Assembly: GCA_964638035.1 (NCBI GenBank)
Contig: CAZWXD010000004.1
Location: 17,239 to 81,238 of the forward strand
Length of the DNA stretch: 64,000 nucleotides
Direction of reading: 5' to 3'
DNA from: an uncultured Gemmatimonadaceae bacterium
GTDB lineage: Bacteria > Gemmatimonadota > Gemmatimonadetes > Gemmatimonadales > GWC2-71-9
Below are positions 46,780 to 55,163 of this stretch, piece by piece (positions within the stretch are counted from its first letter, which is position 1; each line of letters begins with the position of its first letter). Position numbers and translations under genes: made by a program. The notes beneath the pieces were generated by a model. It searched no databases, was not told where the DNA came from, and worked only from the letters and a program-made list of their open reading frames with translations.

Positions 46780-47351
46780 AACCGCTCGGCCCGCGCTTCT
46801 TCACCCGCGACACGGCCACGGTCGCGCGCGAACTCATCGGGTGCCTCATCGAGTCCCGCATGGGCCGCGCGCGAACCCTGGCCCGCATCGTCGAGACCGA
46901 GGCATACCTCGGTCATCGTGACCCCGCCTCACACGCCTACCAGCATCGCCGCCACACCCGGAATGAGGCACTCTTTGCCGCGGCAGGCACCTGGTATGTA
47001 TACCGCTCGCACGGCCTGCACTGGTGCGCCAACCTGGTGTGCGAGCGGGACGTGAACGCCGGGGCGGTGCTGTTGCGCGCGGTGGAGCCACTGGAGGGGC
47101 TGGCCGCGATGCGCCGGCGGCGGGGCGGGGTGGCGAACGACCGACTGCTGGGCGCCGGGCCGGGGCGGCTGACCCAGGCGCTCGCCATCGACCACTCACT
47201 CGATGGCCAACCCATGTGGCAGAGTCGGGTCCTGGTCTACCTGGCCTCGGGGCCAGCGAGGGTGGAGGCGAGCCGGCGGATCGGCATCAGCAAGGCGGTG
47301 GACTGGCCCCTGCGCTTCACGCTGTCCGGGAGCCGGTTCACCTCACGGTGA
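46776..47351 (+). CDS. DNA-3-methyladenine glycosylase (Mpg/AAG family).
   Basis: Track ORF 46860..47351 (ATG). The in-frame upstream codons KPLGPRFFTRDTATVARELIGCLIES read as the conserved family N-terminus, so I extend to CTG 46776 (a non-canonical start; see findings). IVETEAYLG, DPASHA, YVYRSHGLHWCANLV, GAVLLRAVEP, GPGRLTQAL, PLRF. Confidence 0.8.
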   Translation: MKPLGPRFFTRDTATVARELIGCLIESRMGRARTLARIVETEAYLGHRDPASHAYQHRRHTRNEALFAAAGTWYVYRSHGLHWCANLVCERDVNAGAVLLRAVEPLEGLAAMRRRRGGVANDRLLGAGPGRLTQALAIDHSLDGQPMWQSRVLVYLASGPARVEASRRIGISKAVDWPLRFTLSGSRFTSR

Positions 47352-48140
47352 AGGCGGTGCGTCGCCCATCTGCGACCGCACCTCCACCAGGAGCTGGTCC
47401 ATCGCGTCCACGCGGATCAGGCCCAGGCGGGGATACTCCAGGTCCAGCGACACCGCGATCGCTGCAGTGACCACCACCGCATACACCACGAGCGGGAGCC
47501 AACGCCGCTCCGCGGTGCCACCCAGCTCGTAGCCTGCGATGAGGGCGCAGAGGAGGGCCGCCCCCACCAGCAGGGCGTAGATCACCTGCGGCGGGTGCAG
47601 CTTCGTCGTCGCCGTCCGGGTCGCGGTGATGTCCAGCATCTCGTTGATGGAGGGCAGGAGCAGCATCGACGCGCGCGGCGGCGCCCCGGGGTCCCCGGTG
47701 GCGCGCACGGCACCAGACCAGATCTCTCCCTGCAGCACTTCCGATTCACCCAGTCGCTGCGCCACCAGCGCCATGTCGGGGACAGCCGCGTAGATCGCAA
47801 GCCGCGAGTCCACGTAGCGACGAAACAGCCCCTGCAGGGGAACCCGCGTGCTGTCGGGGAGGAGGTCGAGGCGGAGGTAGGTGGTGCCGATGATGTTCGC
47901 CTCGTCCATGATCAGGGCCCGGCGGTCATCGAACCGGCCCGCCGCGCCGGCGAAGGTGAACGCGATGAGCAGGCCCAGCAGCGCGAACGCGGTGCCCTGC
48001 GCGGCATCGCTGGAGCCCGGCACGCGCCCCATGCGGGCGTGTCTCCAGCGCAACCTGAGGCCCATTTCCGCGCACGCCAGCACGGCGACGAACAGCGCCA
48101 GGCCCACGAAAACGAAGTAGTAGCGGTTGGTCATGGGCAA
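47343..48140 (-). CDS. DUF4239-like membrane protein.
   Basis: Track ORF of 265 aa: LLGLLIAFTFAGAAGRFDDRRALIMDEANIIGTTYLRLDLLP, two N-terminal and two C-terminal TM segments. Confidence 0.6.
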   Translation of the reverse strand: MPMTNRYYFVFVGLALFVAVLACAEMGLRLRWRHARMGRVPGSSDAAQGTAFALLGLLIAFTFAGAAGRFDDRRALIMDEANIIGTTYLRLDLLPDSTRVPLQGLFRRYVDSRLAIYAAVPDMALVAQRLGESEVLQGEIWSGAVRATGDPGAPPRASMLLLPSINEMLDITATRTATTKLHPPQVIYALLVGAALLCALIAGYELGGTAERRWLPLVVYAVVVTAAIAVSLDLEYPRLGLIRVDAMDQLLVEVRSQMGDAPPSP

Positions 48141-48248
48141 TGAGTATACGCCCCACCGGCCCGGTCCGCCCCTGCCACCAGGTCCCCCATGCCAGAAAGG
48201 GATCCCGCGCCCTCGCGCGGAACCCCTTCCCGTGGCGTTGCGTGCAGC

Positions 48249-48914
48249 TCAGTACTGGTCGTCGCGCGAGCTACCCAGGGAGATCCGGAGGCCTGCCGTG
48301 CCGGTCCACGACGGCCCGGTGAAGACATTGCCACGATCCGGCGCGGTCATGCCCTGCACCTGCCCGAAGAGCATCACCGGGCCGGCGCGGAGTTGCACCC
48401 CTGCCAGGGCCGTGAGGAAGCCGTAGCTGCTGGCGTCGTCGGCCTGGTCGTAGATCGTGTTCACCTCATCGGGCGTGAGGCCAGCGGTGTTCATGGGCTG
48501 CGGGTTGAGGGCGTGCTGGATGCCGCCGCCGATGCCGAAGTAGGGCTCGATCGGCTGCCGCCAGGGGAACGCCATCAGCACGCCCGAGTAGCGCCTGATG
48601 TGGTTCCAGCGCACCTCACGCTGGCCCGTGGGAGCGGTCGCGTCGGGGTAGAAGCCCACCTCGTCGCTGCCCAGGATCTCATCGGCAGAGAGGAGGAGGC
48701 CGGTGCGCCGCGCAATGATAAGGGTGTGGACGCCCACCGCCGGGAGCCACCCACGCGTCTGGCCCGTCGTCTCGAAGTTCACGACCGACCCCTGCCCGCC
48801 GATATACCACCGGTAGTTCGCCGGGCCCTTCGGCTTTTGCTGGGCTGCAAGCGCCGACGTCCCCAACCCAAGCGCCAGCGCGCCCAACGTGAGTGTACGC
48901 CCGAGCATGCTCAT
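48249..48914 (-). CDS. Outer-membrane beta-barrel protein (OmpA-N/OmpW-like small barrel).
   Basis: Track ORF 48249..48968. ATG 48914 has GGAGG 8 nt upstream. Signal peptide ...TSALAAQ, alternating beta-strand pattern, and an aromatic C-terminal residue (Y). Confidence 0.6.
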   Translation of the reverse strand: MSMLGRTLTLGALALGLGTSALAAQQKPKGPANYRWYIGGQGSVVNFETTGQTRGWLPAVGVHTLIIARRTGLLLSADEILGSDEVGFYPDATAPTGQREVRWNHIRRYSGVLMAFPWRQPIEPYFGIGGGIQHALNPQPMNTAGLTPDEVNTIYDQADDASSYGFLTALAGVQLRAGPVMLFGQVQGMTAPDRGNVFTGPSWTGTAGLRISLGSSRDDQY

Positions 48915-49119
48915 CCGAACTGCCTCCGTGGAGGTGGTATTTCTGGTCGGTGCTGCGAATATCTGCATCAGGGTGTCAACTGCTGGATTGGGCGACGGAA
49001 AGCCCGTTCCGCGAGCCTCGGAACTCCCAGCCTGGAGTCACGGGATCGCGCACTGGCCTGCACCGACGTGCAAAGAGTGGGCCTCTGGTCGCCTGGCAGC
49101 CCGGCCCGGTGGGGAAGGA

Positions 49120-50328
49120 CTAGATAAGTCCAAGCCTGCGGCCAACTTTGGCGAAGGCAGCCAGGGCTTCGTCCAGGTCGGCCCGGGTGTGTGCCGCCGA
49201 GACCTGACACCGGACTCTTGCCTGACCCTGCGGCACGACGGGGTACCCGAAACCGGTGACGAAAACCCCTTCGTCCAGCAGCATTTCGCTCATCCGGATG
49301 GCGTGGGCCGTTTCCCCGAGGATGACCGGAACAATGGGGGTAGCCCCTGCCAGCGGCTTGAACCCGAGCCCGGTCAACTGGTCCCTGAAGTACCGGGCAT
49401 TGGCCTGCAATTGCGCCACCAGGGCCGGCTGGGCGGTGAGCTCCCGGACGGCGGCCAGTGAGCTGGCAGCCACCGTGGGGGGGAGCGCATTGGAGAACAG
49501 TTGCGGGCGCGCCCGCTGGGTCAGGTAGTCACACACCTCGGCGGAGGCGGCGACGAACCCACCCGCGGCACCGCCCAGGGCCTTGCCCAGGGTCGAGGTG
49601 ATGATGTCGACATCGCCCACCATCCCGAAATGCTCCGCGGTCCCGCGGCCGGTGGCACCGAGCACCCCGGTGGCGTGGGAATCGTCCACCACCAGCACCG
49701 CCCCGTGCTTCCGGCACACCGCGAGCAGGTCGGGGAGGGGCGCAATGCTGCCCTCCATGGAGAACACGCCGTCACTGATCACCATCTTCACCCGGCGGTC
49801 GCGTGCCGCAGCCAGCTTCTGGTCCAGGTCGGTGAGGTCGGCATGCTTGTATACCCCGGTCTGGCACTTGGTGATGGCCTTGGCCAGCCGCACCCCATCG
49901 ATGATGGAGGCATGGTTGAGCTGGTCGCTCAGGACCAGGTCGTCCTCGCCCAGCAGCGTCCCCGGCACCGCCTCGTTGGCATTCCAGCAGCTCACGAAGC
50001 TCAGGCTGGCCTCCGTGCCCACCAGGGCTGCGAGGGCTGCCTCCAGGTCGCGATGGATGGTGAAGGTGCCGCAGATGAACCGCACCGATGCCGTGCCGGC
50101 GCCGTACCGCTCGAGCGCCGCCCGGCCCGCGGCCACCACCGCAGGCGTGTTGCTCAGGCCGAGGTAGTTGTTGGAGGAGAGGATGATGACCTCGCCGCGC
50201 CCCTCCATCACTGCGCGCGCGCCCTGGGGGCTGTCGAGGTAGTTCAGGCGCTTGTAGGTGCCGTTCGCCTTGAACTCGGCGAGGTCGGATGCGAGGCGCT
50301 TGCCAAGCACGGAGCCGGAAGTCGTCAT
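49120..50328 (-). CDS. kbl: Glycine C-acetyltransferase (2-amino-3-ketobutyrate CoA ligase).
   Basis: Track ORF of 402 aa: ILSSNNYLGL, VRFICGT, DDSHATG, STLGKALGG. It lies downstream of tdh. Confidence 0.9.
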   Translation of the reverse strand: MTTSGSVLGKRLASDLAEFKANGTYKRLNYLDSPQGARAVMEGRGEVIILSSNNYLGLSNTPAVVAAGRAALERYGAGTASVRFICGTFTIHRDLEAALAALVGTEASLSFVSCWNANEAVPGTLLGEDDLVLSDQLNHASIIDGVRLAKAITKCQTGVYKHADLTDLDQKLAAARDRRVKMVISDGVFSMEGSIAPLPDLLAVCRKHGAVLVVDDSHATGVLGATGRGTAEHFGMVGDVDIITSTLGKALGGAAGGFVAASAEVCDYLTQRARPQLFSNALPPTVAASSLAAVRELTAQPALVAQLQANARYFRDQLTGLGFKPLAGATPIVPVILGETAHAIRMSEMLLDEGVFVTGFGYPVVPQGQARVRCQVSAAHTRADLDEALAAFAKVGRRLGLI

Positions 50329-50360
50329 GGTGTCACCGTTGTGTGGTCATCGATTCAGCG

Positions 50361-50395
50361 CCCTGACGCCATGACGTCATGACGCCCTGACGTCC
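50361..50395 (-). repeat. Tandem 8-nt array, plus-strand units CCCTGACG, CCATGACG, TCATGACG, CCCTGACG, then TCC.
   Basis: Read directly from the sequence. It lies between the tdh stop (tca at 50377-50379, inside a unit) and the kbl start (50328). It contains a 12-nt palindrome, CATGACGTCATG, at 50370-50381. Confidence 0.85.
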
Positions 50396-51441
50396 AGGAT
50401 CACCTTCCCCGCCTGCCCGCTCTTGATCACCGCGATCGCGTCGCCCATGCCCTCGAGCGGGAAGCGGTGTGTCACCACCGGCAGGGGGTTCAGCGTCCCC
50501 GAGCGCAGGAACCGCTGCATCTCGTCCCAGGTGCGGTACATCCGCCGGCCGGTGACGCCGTACACCGTGAGCCCCTTGAAGATCACGTCGCGGGCGAAGT
50601 TCACCTCGGTGCTCCGGCTCGGCGTGCCCAGCATGTTGATGCGCCCGCCCAGCCGGGCTGCCTGGAACGCCTGCGCGTGCCCGCTCGGGTGGCCGCTCAT
50701 CTCGCACACCAGGTCCACGCCATCGCCGCCGGTGAGTTCCTGGATCCTTGCCACCACGTCGTCCGAACCGGGGTTGAGCGTCACGTGCGCGCCCATCGCC
50801 CGCGCCAGCTCCAGCCGGCGGGGATTGAGGTCGCTCGCCACCACCAGTGCCGCACCGGCAGCACGCGCCACGCCCACGGCGAAGCAGCCGATCGGCCCGC
50901 ATCCCAGCACCAGCACGCGTGCGCCCGGGACGCTCACCCCCTCGAGGACCGTGTGCACGGCGTTCCCGACCGGGTCCATGATGGCCCCGACCTCGGTGGG
51001 GATGCCGTCAAGGCGCATCACGTTGGAGGCGGGCATCGCGATGTAGTCGGCGAATGCGCCGTCACGGTCCACCCCGATGATCCGCGTCCGGCTGCACAGG
51101 TGCGCATCCCCCAGCCGGCACTGCAGGCAGTGGTTGCACACGATGTGGCCCTCGGCGGTCACGGCATCGCCCACGGCGAGCAGCCCGCTCGCTGCCGCGT
51201 CACGTCCCATGGCCTCGATCACCCCGGCGAACTCATGGCCGATCACCACGGGTGGCTTGAGGCGGTTGCTGGCCCAGCTGTCCCATTCCCAGATGTGCAG
51301 GTCGGTGCCGCACACCCCGGCCTGGTGTACCCGGATCAGCACGTCGTCGGGGCCCACGGCGGGCACCGGGACTTCCCGGAGGTCCATGCCGGGGCCGGCT
51401 GCGGTCTTCACCAGCGCACGCATCGTCCGCGGGGTGCTCAC
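50377..51441 (-). CDS. tdh: L-threonine 3-dehydrogenase.
   Basis: Track ORF of 354 aa: AGVCGTDLHIWEWD, IGHEFAGVI, GHIVCNHCLQCRLG, LGCGPIG, GKVIL. Confidence 0.9.
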   Translation of the reverse strand: MSTPRTMRALVKTAAGPGMDLREVPVPAVGPDDVLIRVHQAGVCGTDLHIWEWDSWASNRLKPPVVIGHEFAGVIEAMGRDAAASGLLAVGDAVTAEGHIVCNHCLQCRLGDAHLCSRTRIIGVDRDGAFADYIAMPASNVMRLDGIPTEVGAIMDPVGNAVHTVLEGVSVPGARVLVLGCGPIGCFAVGVARAAGAALVVASDLNPRRLELARAMGAHVTLNPGSDDVVARIQELTGGDGVDLVCEMSGHPSGHAQAFQAARLGGRINMLGTPSRSTEVNFARDVIFKGLTVYGVTGRRMYRTWDEMQRFLRSGTLNPLPVVTHRFPLEGMGDAIAVIKSGQAGKVILDVRAS

Positions 51442-52997
51442 GGGGCCCGCCGCGCCAGGATGCGGTACGTCCCCACCGAGTCCACGATGGTCCAGTCAGA
51501 TGCCAGGCGATCGGCCAGCTCAGGGAACAACATCGGGACGCTCTTTCTCGGTTGGGGTTCGATGCCACGCAGGGCAGCATCGCTCACGGCCACCAGCCTT
51601 GTCCCCGGTGCCGCAAGCCCGGCAAGGTACTCGGCGCGCAGGCGCTGCTGCACGGGACCTGGCGGAAGGGTCCCACCTCCTGGTGCCGGCATCACCAGCG
51701 GGAAGAAAAACCCGATACGGCTCGGTGCCTTGCGACCTGACAGGGCATTCGGGAGTGGGCTGTCCCACACCACCACCAGGTCGGCAGGGGATGTGTGGGA
51801 GCCAAGATACTCCGCAAGGGCCAGGTCGGCTGCCACCGGACCAGCCTCTCCCGCCGGGAACTGGGCCAGGTAGGTGGCGGCGTCCATGCGGCCGGTCGCC
51901 CTGGCCAGCGCATCGCGCACCCGCACCTGCAGCGGAAGCACCAGCATCACCAGCAGCGCGCCCACGGCCGCCGTCGCAAGGATCCGCCCGGCCGCTGGTC
52001 CCTCGCGTGCACGCTGGCCGAGGGCGGCGGCATAGCCGATCCCGGCGAGTGGGGCCAGGCTCAGCAGCAGCGGATCCCAGTGGTACGGGAAGTAGCGCCG
52101 CTGTGCCGCCGCCATCACCCAGCTCGCGAGCGCCCACAGGGTGAGGAGGATGCCGGCGCGCCGGTTGTCCTGCCAGAGCCACGCGACACCCAGGACCGCC
52201 CCGGGCACGGCGAGGACGAGCGGCGAGGTGGTGAGGAGCCGGTGCAGCGACCACGGGAGCGCGCGAAGCACGCCGCCGGTGGCGCTCCGTGACAACTCGA
52301 GGTTCACGGTCAGGTAGCCCTCCACCAGTGCCGGCCAGGCGCCGTGCCGGTGGAACCACCACGCGGTGAGCGCTGCCGGTACGAGTGTCAGGGCAGTGGC
52401 CACCGCCGCCATGCCCAGGCGGCGCGGTGCGCTGGCCGGCGTCCCGTTGCCTCCCAGCAGCACGGCGAGGGCCGGCAGCAGCAGCCACGCGGCGAAGGTG
52501 GGCTTCTGGAGCACGCCGAGCCCGAGGAGGAGCGCCGCGAGGCCAAGGAGCACCGGTCGCGCCGCGATGTCGCCCCGGAGGAGGATGAGCATCGCCACGG
52601 CGGCAATGGCGGCGATCCATGCGTCAGGCTGTGCGGTGTTCCAGAAGTCGGTGGCGTAGTAGGTGAGGAGGATGAACATGGCGGTCCAGGCCCCGGCGCT
52701 CCCGTTGCCGCTGCCCCGGTGCCATCCAGCCGCTGCGCCCTGGCTCCGCGCCGCGAGCGTGGTCACGATGCGCCCGGTGGCCAGCGCGCCCGCCGACATC
52801 ACGGCAAGGTCCAGCAGGCGCACCGGCCACATTCGGGGACCGCCGCCCTGGACGGCAGCATAGGCGTATGAGGCGAAGGGACCCTTGGCGTCCCACGCGT
52901 CGAGGTACGGTATGGCGCCGTGCCGGATGGATTGCGCTACCCAGGTGAAGATCCCGGCGTCCCACGAGAAGGGCCACGCCAGGGAGGCGAGGCCCAC
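51438..52997 (-). CDS. GT-C fold membrane glycosyltransferase (ArnT/PMT-like), N-terminus probably longer.
   Basis: Track ORF of 519 aa (GTG 52997) with many TM segments. FSWDAGIFTWVAQS is an acidic first loop. The stop overlaps the tdh start (GTGA). The upstream in-frame codons RINRLALGAVALFTLL look like the missing first TM helix (see findings). Confidence 0.6.
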   Translation of the reverse strand: MGLASLAWPFSWDAGIFTWVAQSIRHGAIPYLDAWDAKGPFASYAYAAVQGGGPRMWPVRLLDLAVMSAGALATGRIVTTLAARSQGAAAGWHRGSGNGSAGAWTAMFILLTYYATDFWNTAQPDAWIAAIAAVAMLILLRGDIAARPVLLGLAALLLGLGVLQKPTFAAWLLLPALAVLLGGNGTPASAPRRLGMAAVATALTLVPAALTAWWFHRHGAWPALVEGYLTVNLELSRSATGGVLRALPWSLHRLLTTSPLVLAVPGAVLGVAWLWQDNRRAGILLTLWALASWVMAAAQRRYFPYHWDPLLLSLAPLAGIGYAAALGQRAREGPAAGRILATAAVGALLVMLVLPLQVRVRDALARATGRMDAATYLAQFPAGEAGPVAADLALAEYLGSHTSPADLVVVWDSPLPNALSGRKAPSRIGFFFPLVMPAPGGGTLPPGPVQQRLRAEYLAGLAAPGTRLVAVSDAALRGIEPQPRKSVPMLFPELADRLASDWTIVDSVGTYRILARRAP

Positions 52998-53051
52998 GAG
53001 CAGCGTGAAGAGGGCAACCGCGCCCAGTGCGAGCCGGTTGATGCGCCCGCC

Positions 53052-53948
53052 TCAGGCCCTCGCGGCCCGGCGGAAGGAGGACGTCGCCGGTCGGGTGAGG
53101 ACCTGGCCCACGGGGCGGGGGCCCTTGCGGCGCCGGGGCGCCGACTCCCGCTTCCATCCCTCGTAAAACGTGAACAGCGCTTCCGGTACCAGTGATGCTG
53201 AGGGCAGGAGCACGTGCACGCCCTGTTCCCGCGTCCGTTCCTGCAGGGAGCGCAGCACTTCGTAGCGGCGATCGATGCAGAGGTCGTCCATGACGGACAG
53301 GTCGATCACCACGAGGTCGAGGGGCCTGGGTGTCGCCGGGATCCAGGTGGCGAGCTGCACGGTGTAGGTGACAAGGTCCGCCGCCACCGTCTCGGTGGTG
53401 CAGCGCTGCTCCATGCGCTCGCACTGGCCCATGTCGGGACACCAGTGGATCACCCCGACGTCATGCGCCAGGACGAGGTAGGTGGGCAGCTCCGTCGCCA
53501 GCCCGATGGTGAGGGCGAGGTCGGAGGGCTCGAGGCGGGGAAGCAGGTGCACCACGGGGCAGGTAGTATCCAGGCCCCAGTGTGTCGGCTCGCGCTGCGC
53601 CTCGCTCCGCTTGGCGAAGGTGGCCTTCCACCGCGAGAAGCTCTTGAGCTTCAGCCGGCGCTTGATCAGCTCGTCCACCATCTCGTGCATCAGCATTTCG
53701 GTCAGCACGAACTGGGTATCGTCACCGGCGTACAGTTCCGCCGCGGCTTCACCGGCAAACCGCATGAGTTCGTCGCGCGAGATCGAGTTCTTGAAGTCCT
53801 CGATCCGCCGCAGGACGTACTCATCGTACCGCTGCTTGAGGGAAGGCGGTGGCCTGCGGCGCCCGGATTGCCGGAGGGCGTCGGAGGCGGTCAGCATGCG
53901 GAGCGGACGTCTGGGCGGTGAACGGAGGCCATCTCGATGCAAGGTCAA
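53052..53948 (-). CDS. Hypothetical protein, no family recognised.
   Basis: Track ORF of 298 aa with non-shadow-like composition (K, E, F, Y, M, W present), e.g. KQRYDEYVLRRIEDFKNSISRDELMRF. The likelier start is the internal MLTASD. It has a basic C-terminal tail. Confidence 0.5.
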   Translation of the reverse strand: MTLHRDGLRSPPRRPLRMLTASDALRQSGRRRPPPSLKQRYDEYVLRRIEDFKNSISRDELMRFAGEAAAELYAGDDTQFVLTEMLMHEMVDELIKRRLKLKSFSRWKATFAKRSEAQREPTHWGLDTTCPVVHLLPRLEPSDLALTIGLATELPTYLVLAHDVGVIHWCPDMGQCERMEQRCTTETVAADLVTYTVQLATWIPATPRPLDLVVIDLSVMDDLCIDRRYEVLRSLQERTREQGVHVLLPSASLVPEALFTFYEGWKRESAPRRRKGPRPVGQVLTRPATSSFRRAARA

Positions 53949-53982
53949 TAGTTAGGGCCCCTGAGTCAAGCCACCGGCCCGG

Positions 53983-55155
53983 TCAGGATCCTCCCTGCCG
54001 CCGCAGCACCGCCGCTTTCAGGTACCCCGTCTCCGGTATGGTGAGCACCTCGGGATGGTCCACCCCCTGGCCCAGCACGGCCTCCAGCACGAGCCGGACG
54101 CCACTGTCGCCAGCCGCCATCTCCAGCATCCCCAGGAACTCGGGCCGCCGCACGTGGAAGGAGCAGGAGGCGGTGAGCAGCACCCCGCCAGGGTTCAGGA
54201 GCCGCATGGCGCGGAGGTTTACCTCCCGGTAGCCCTTGAGCGCCTGGGGCACGGCCGTGCGGGACTTGGCGAACGCTGGCGGGTCGAGGGCGATGGCATC
54301 GAACCGTTCTCGGCTTCGTTCCATGGAGCGGAGCAGCTCGAAGGCATCCCCCTCGACCCACTGCAGGTGGGTGAACCCGTTGAGGGCGGCATTCTCCCGG
54401 CCGCGGGCGAGGGCGTCGCCACTGGCATCCAGGGCGACCACCTCGCGGCAGCGCGGCGCCAGGTGCAGCGCGAACGAACCGTGGTAGGCGAAGCAGTCCA
54501 GACCCCGGCCTCCGGCAGGGGCCAGGGCGCCGAGGTGCATCCGGTTGGGCCGCTGGTCGAGGAAGGCGCCGGTCTTCTGGCCGGTGAATGGCGCAGCGAT
54601 GTACCGCACCCCGCCCTCGCGCACCTCGATCCCCTCGGGAACGGAGCCGGCGGCCACTTCCACCTGCTCGGCGAGGCCTTCGCGGCCACGGACCGGTACG
54701 TCGTTGCGCAGCAGGATGCCGTCGGGCGCGAGTTCAGACTGGATGGCGGCCAGGATGTCATCCCGCATGGTCTCGAGCCCCGCCGAGAGGAACTGGGCCA
54801 CCACCCAGCGGTCATAGCGGTCCACCACCAGCGACGGGAGGCCGTCGCCTTCCCCGTGCACCACCCGGTACGCGGTGGCATCGATGTCGGCGCGCCGTGC
54901 CAGCGCCGCTCGGAGCTGCTCCCGCCACCACTCGCCGTCCACCGGTCGCGCCGAGCGCTCCAGCAGCCGGAGCCGGATCTCCGATCGCGGTGACCAGAGT
55001 GCCTGGCCCAGGAACTTCCCGCGCCGGTCGTGCACGTTGACGAGGCCAGGTTCGTCCGGGCCGGCCTCCACGTCGCTGCGGTAGATCCAGGGATGCCCTC
55101 GTACCCATCGCTCTGCCCCGCGGGGGGTGACGGTTGCCGCCTGGTCGTGGGTCAC
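53983..55155 (-). CDS. Class I SAM-dependent rRNA methyltransferase with an N-terminal PUA-like domain (RlmI/YwbD-like).
   Basis: Track ORF of 390 aa (GTG start, GGGAGG upstream): GHPWIYRSDV, YRVVHGEGDGLPSLVVDRY, QKTGAFLDQR, LDCFAYHGSFALH, DPPAFAK. Confidence 0.8.
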   Translation of the reverse strand: MTHDQAATVTPRGAERWVRGHPWIYRSDVEAGPDEPGLVNVHDRRGKFLGQALWSPRSEIRLRLLERSARPVDGEWWREQLRAALARRADIDATAYRVVHGEGDGLPSLVVDRYDRWVVAQFLSAGLETMRDDILAAIQSELAPDGILLRNDVPVRGREGLAEQVEVAAGSVPEGIEVREGGVRYIAAPFTGQKTGAFLDQRPNRMHLGALAPAGGRGLDCFAYHGSFALHLAPRCREVVALDASGDALARGRENAALNGFTHLQWVEGDAFELLRSMERSRERFDAIALDPPAFAKSRTAVPQALKGYREVNLRAMRLLNPGGVLLTASCSFHVRRPEFLGMLEMAAGDSGVRLVLEAVLGQGVDHPEVLTIPETGYLKAAVLRRQGGS

Positions 55156-55163
55156 GGAGCCTC

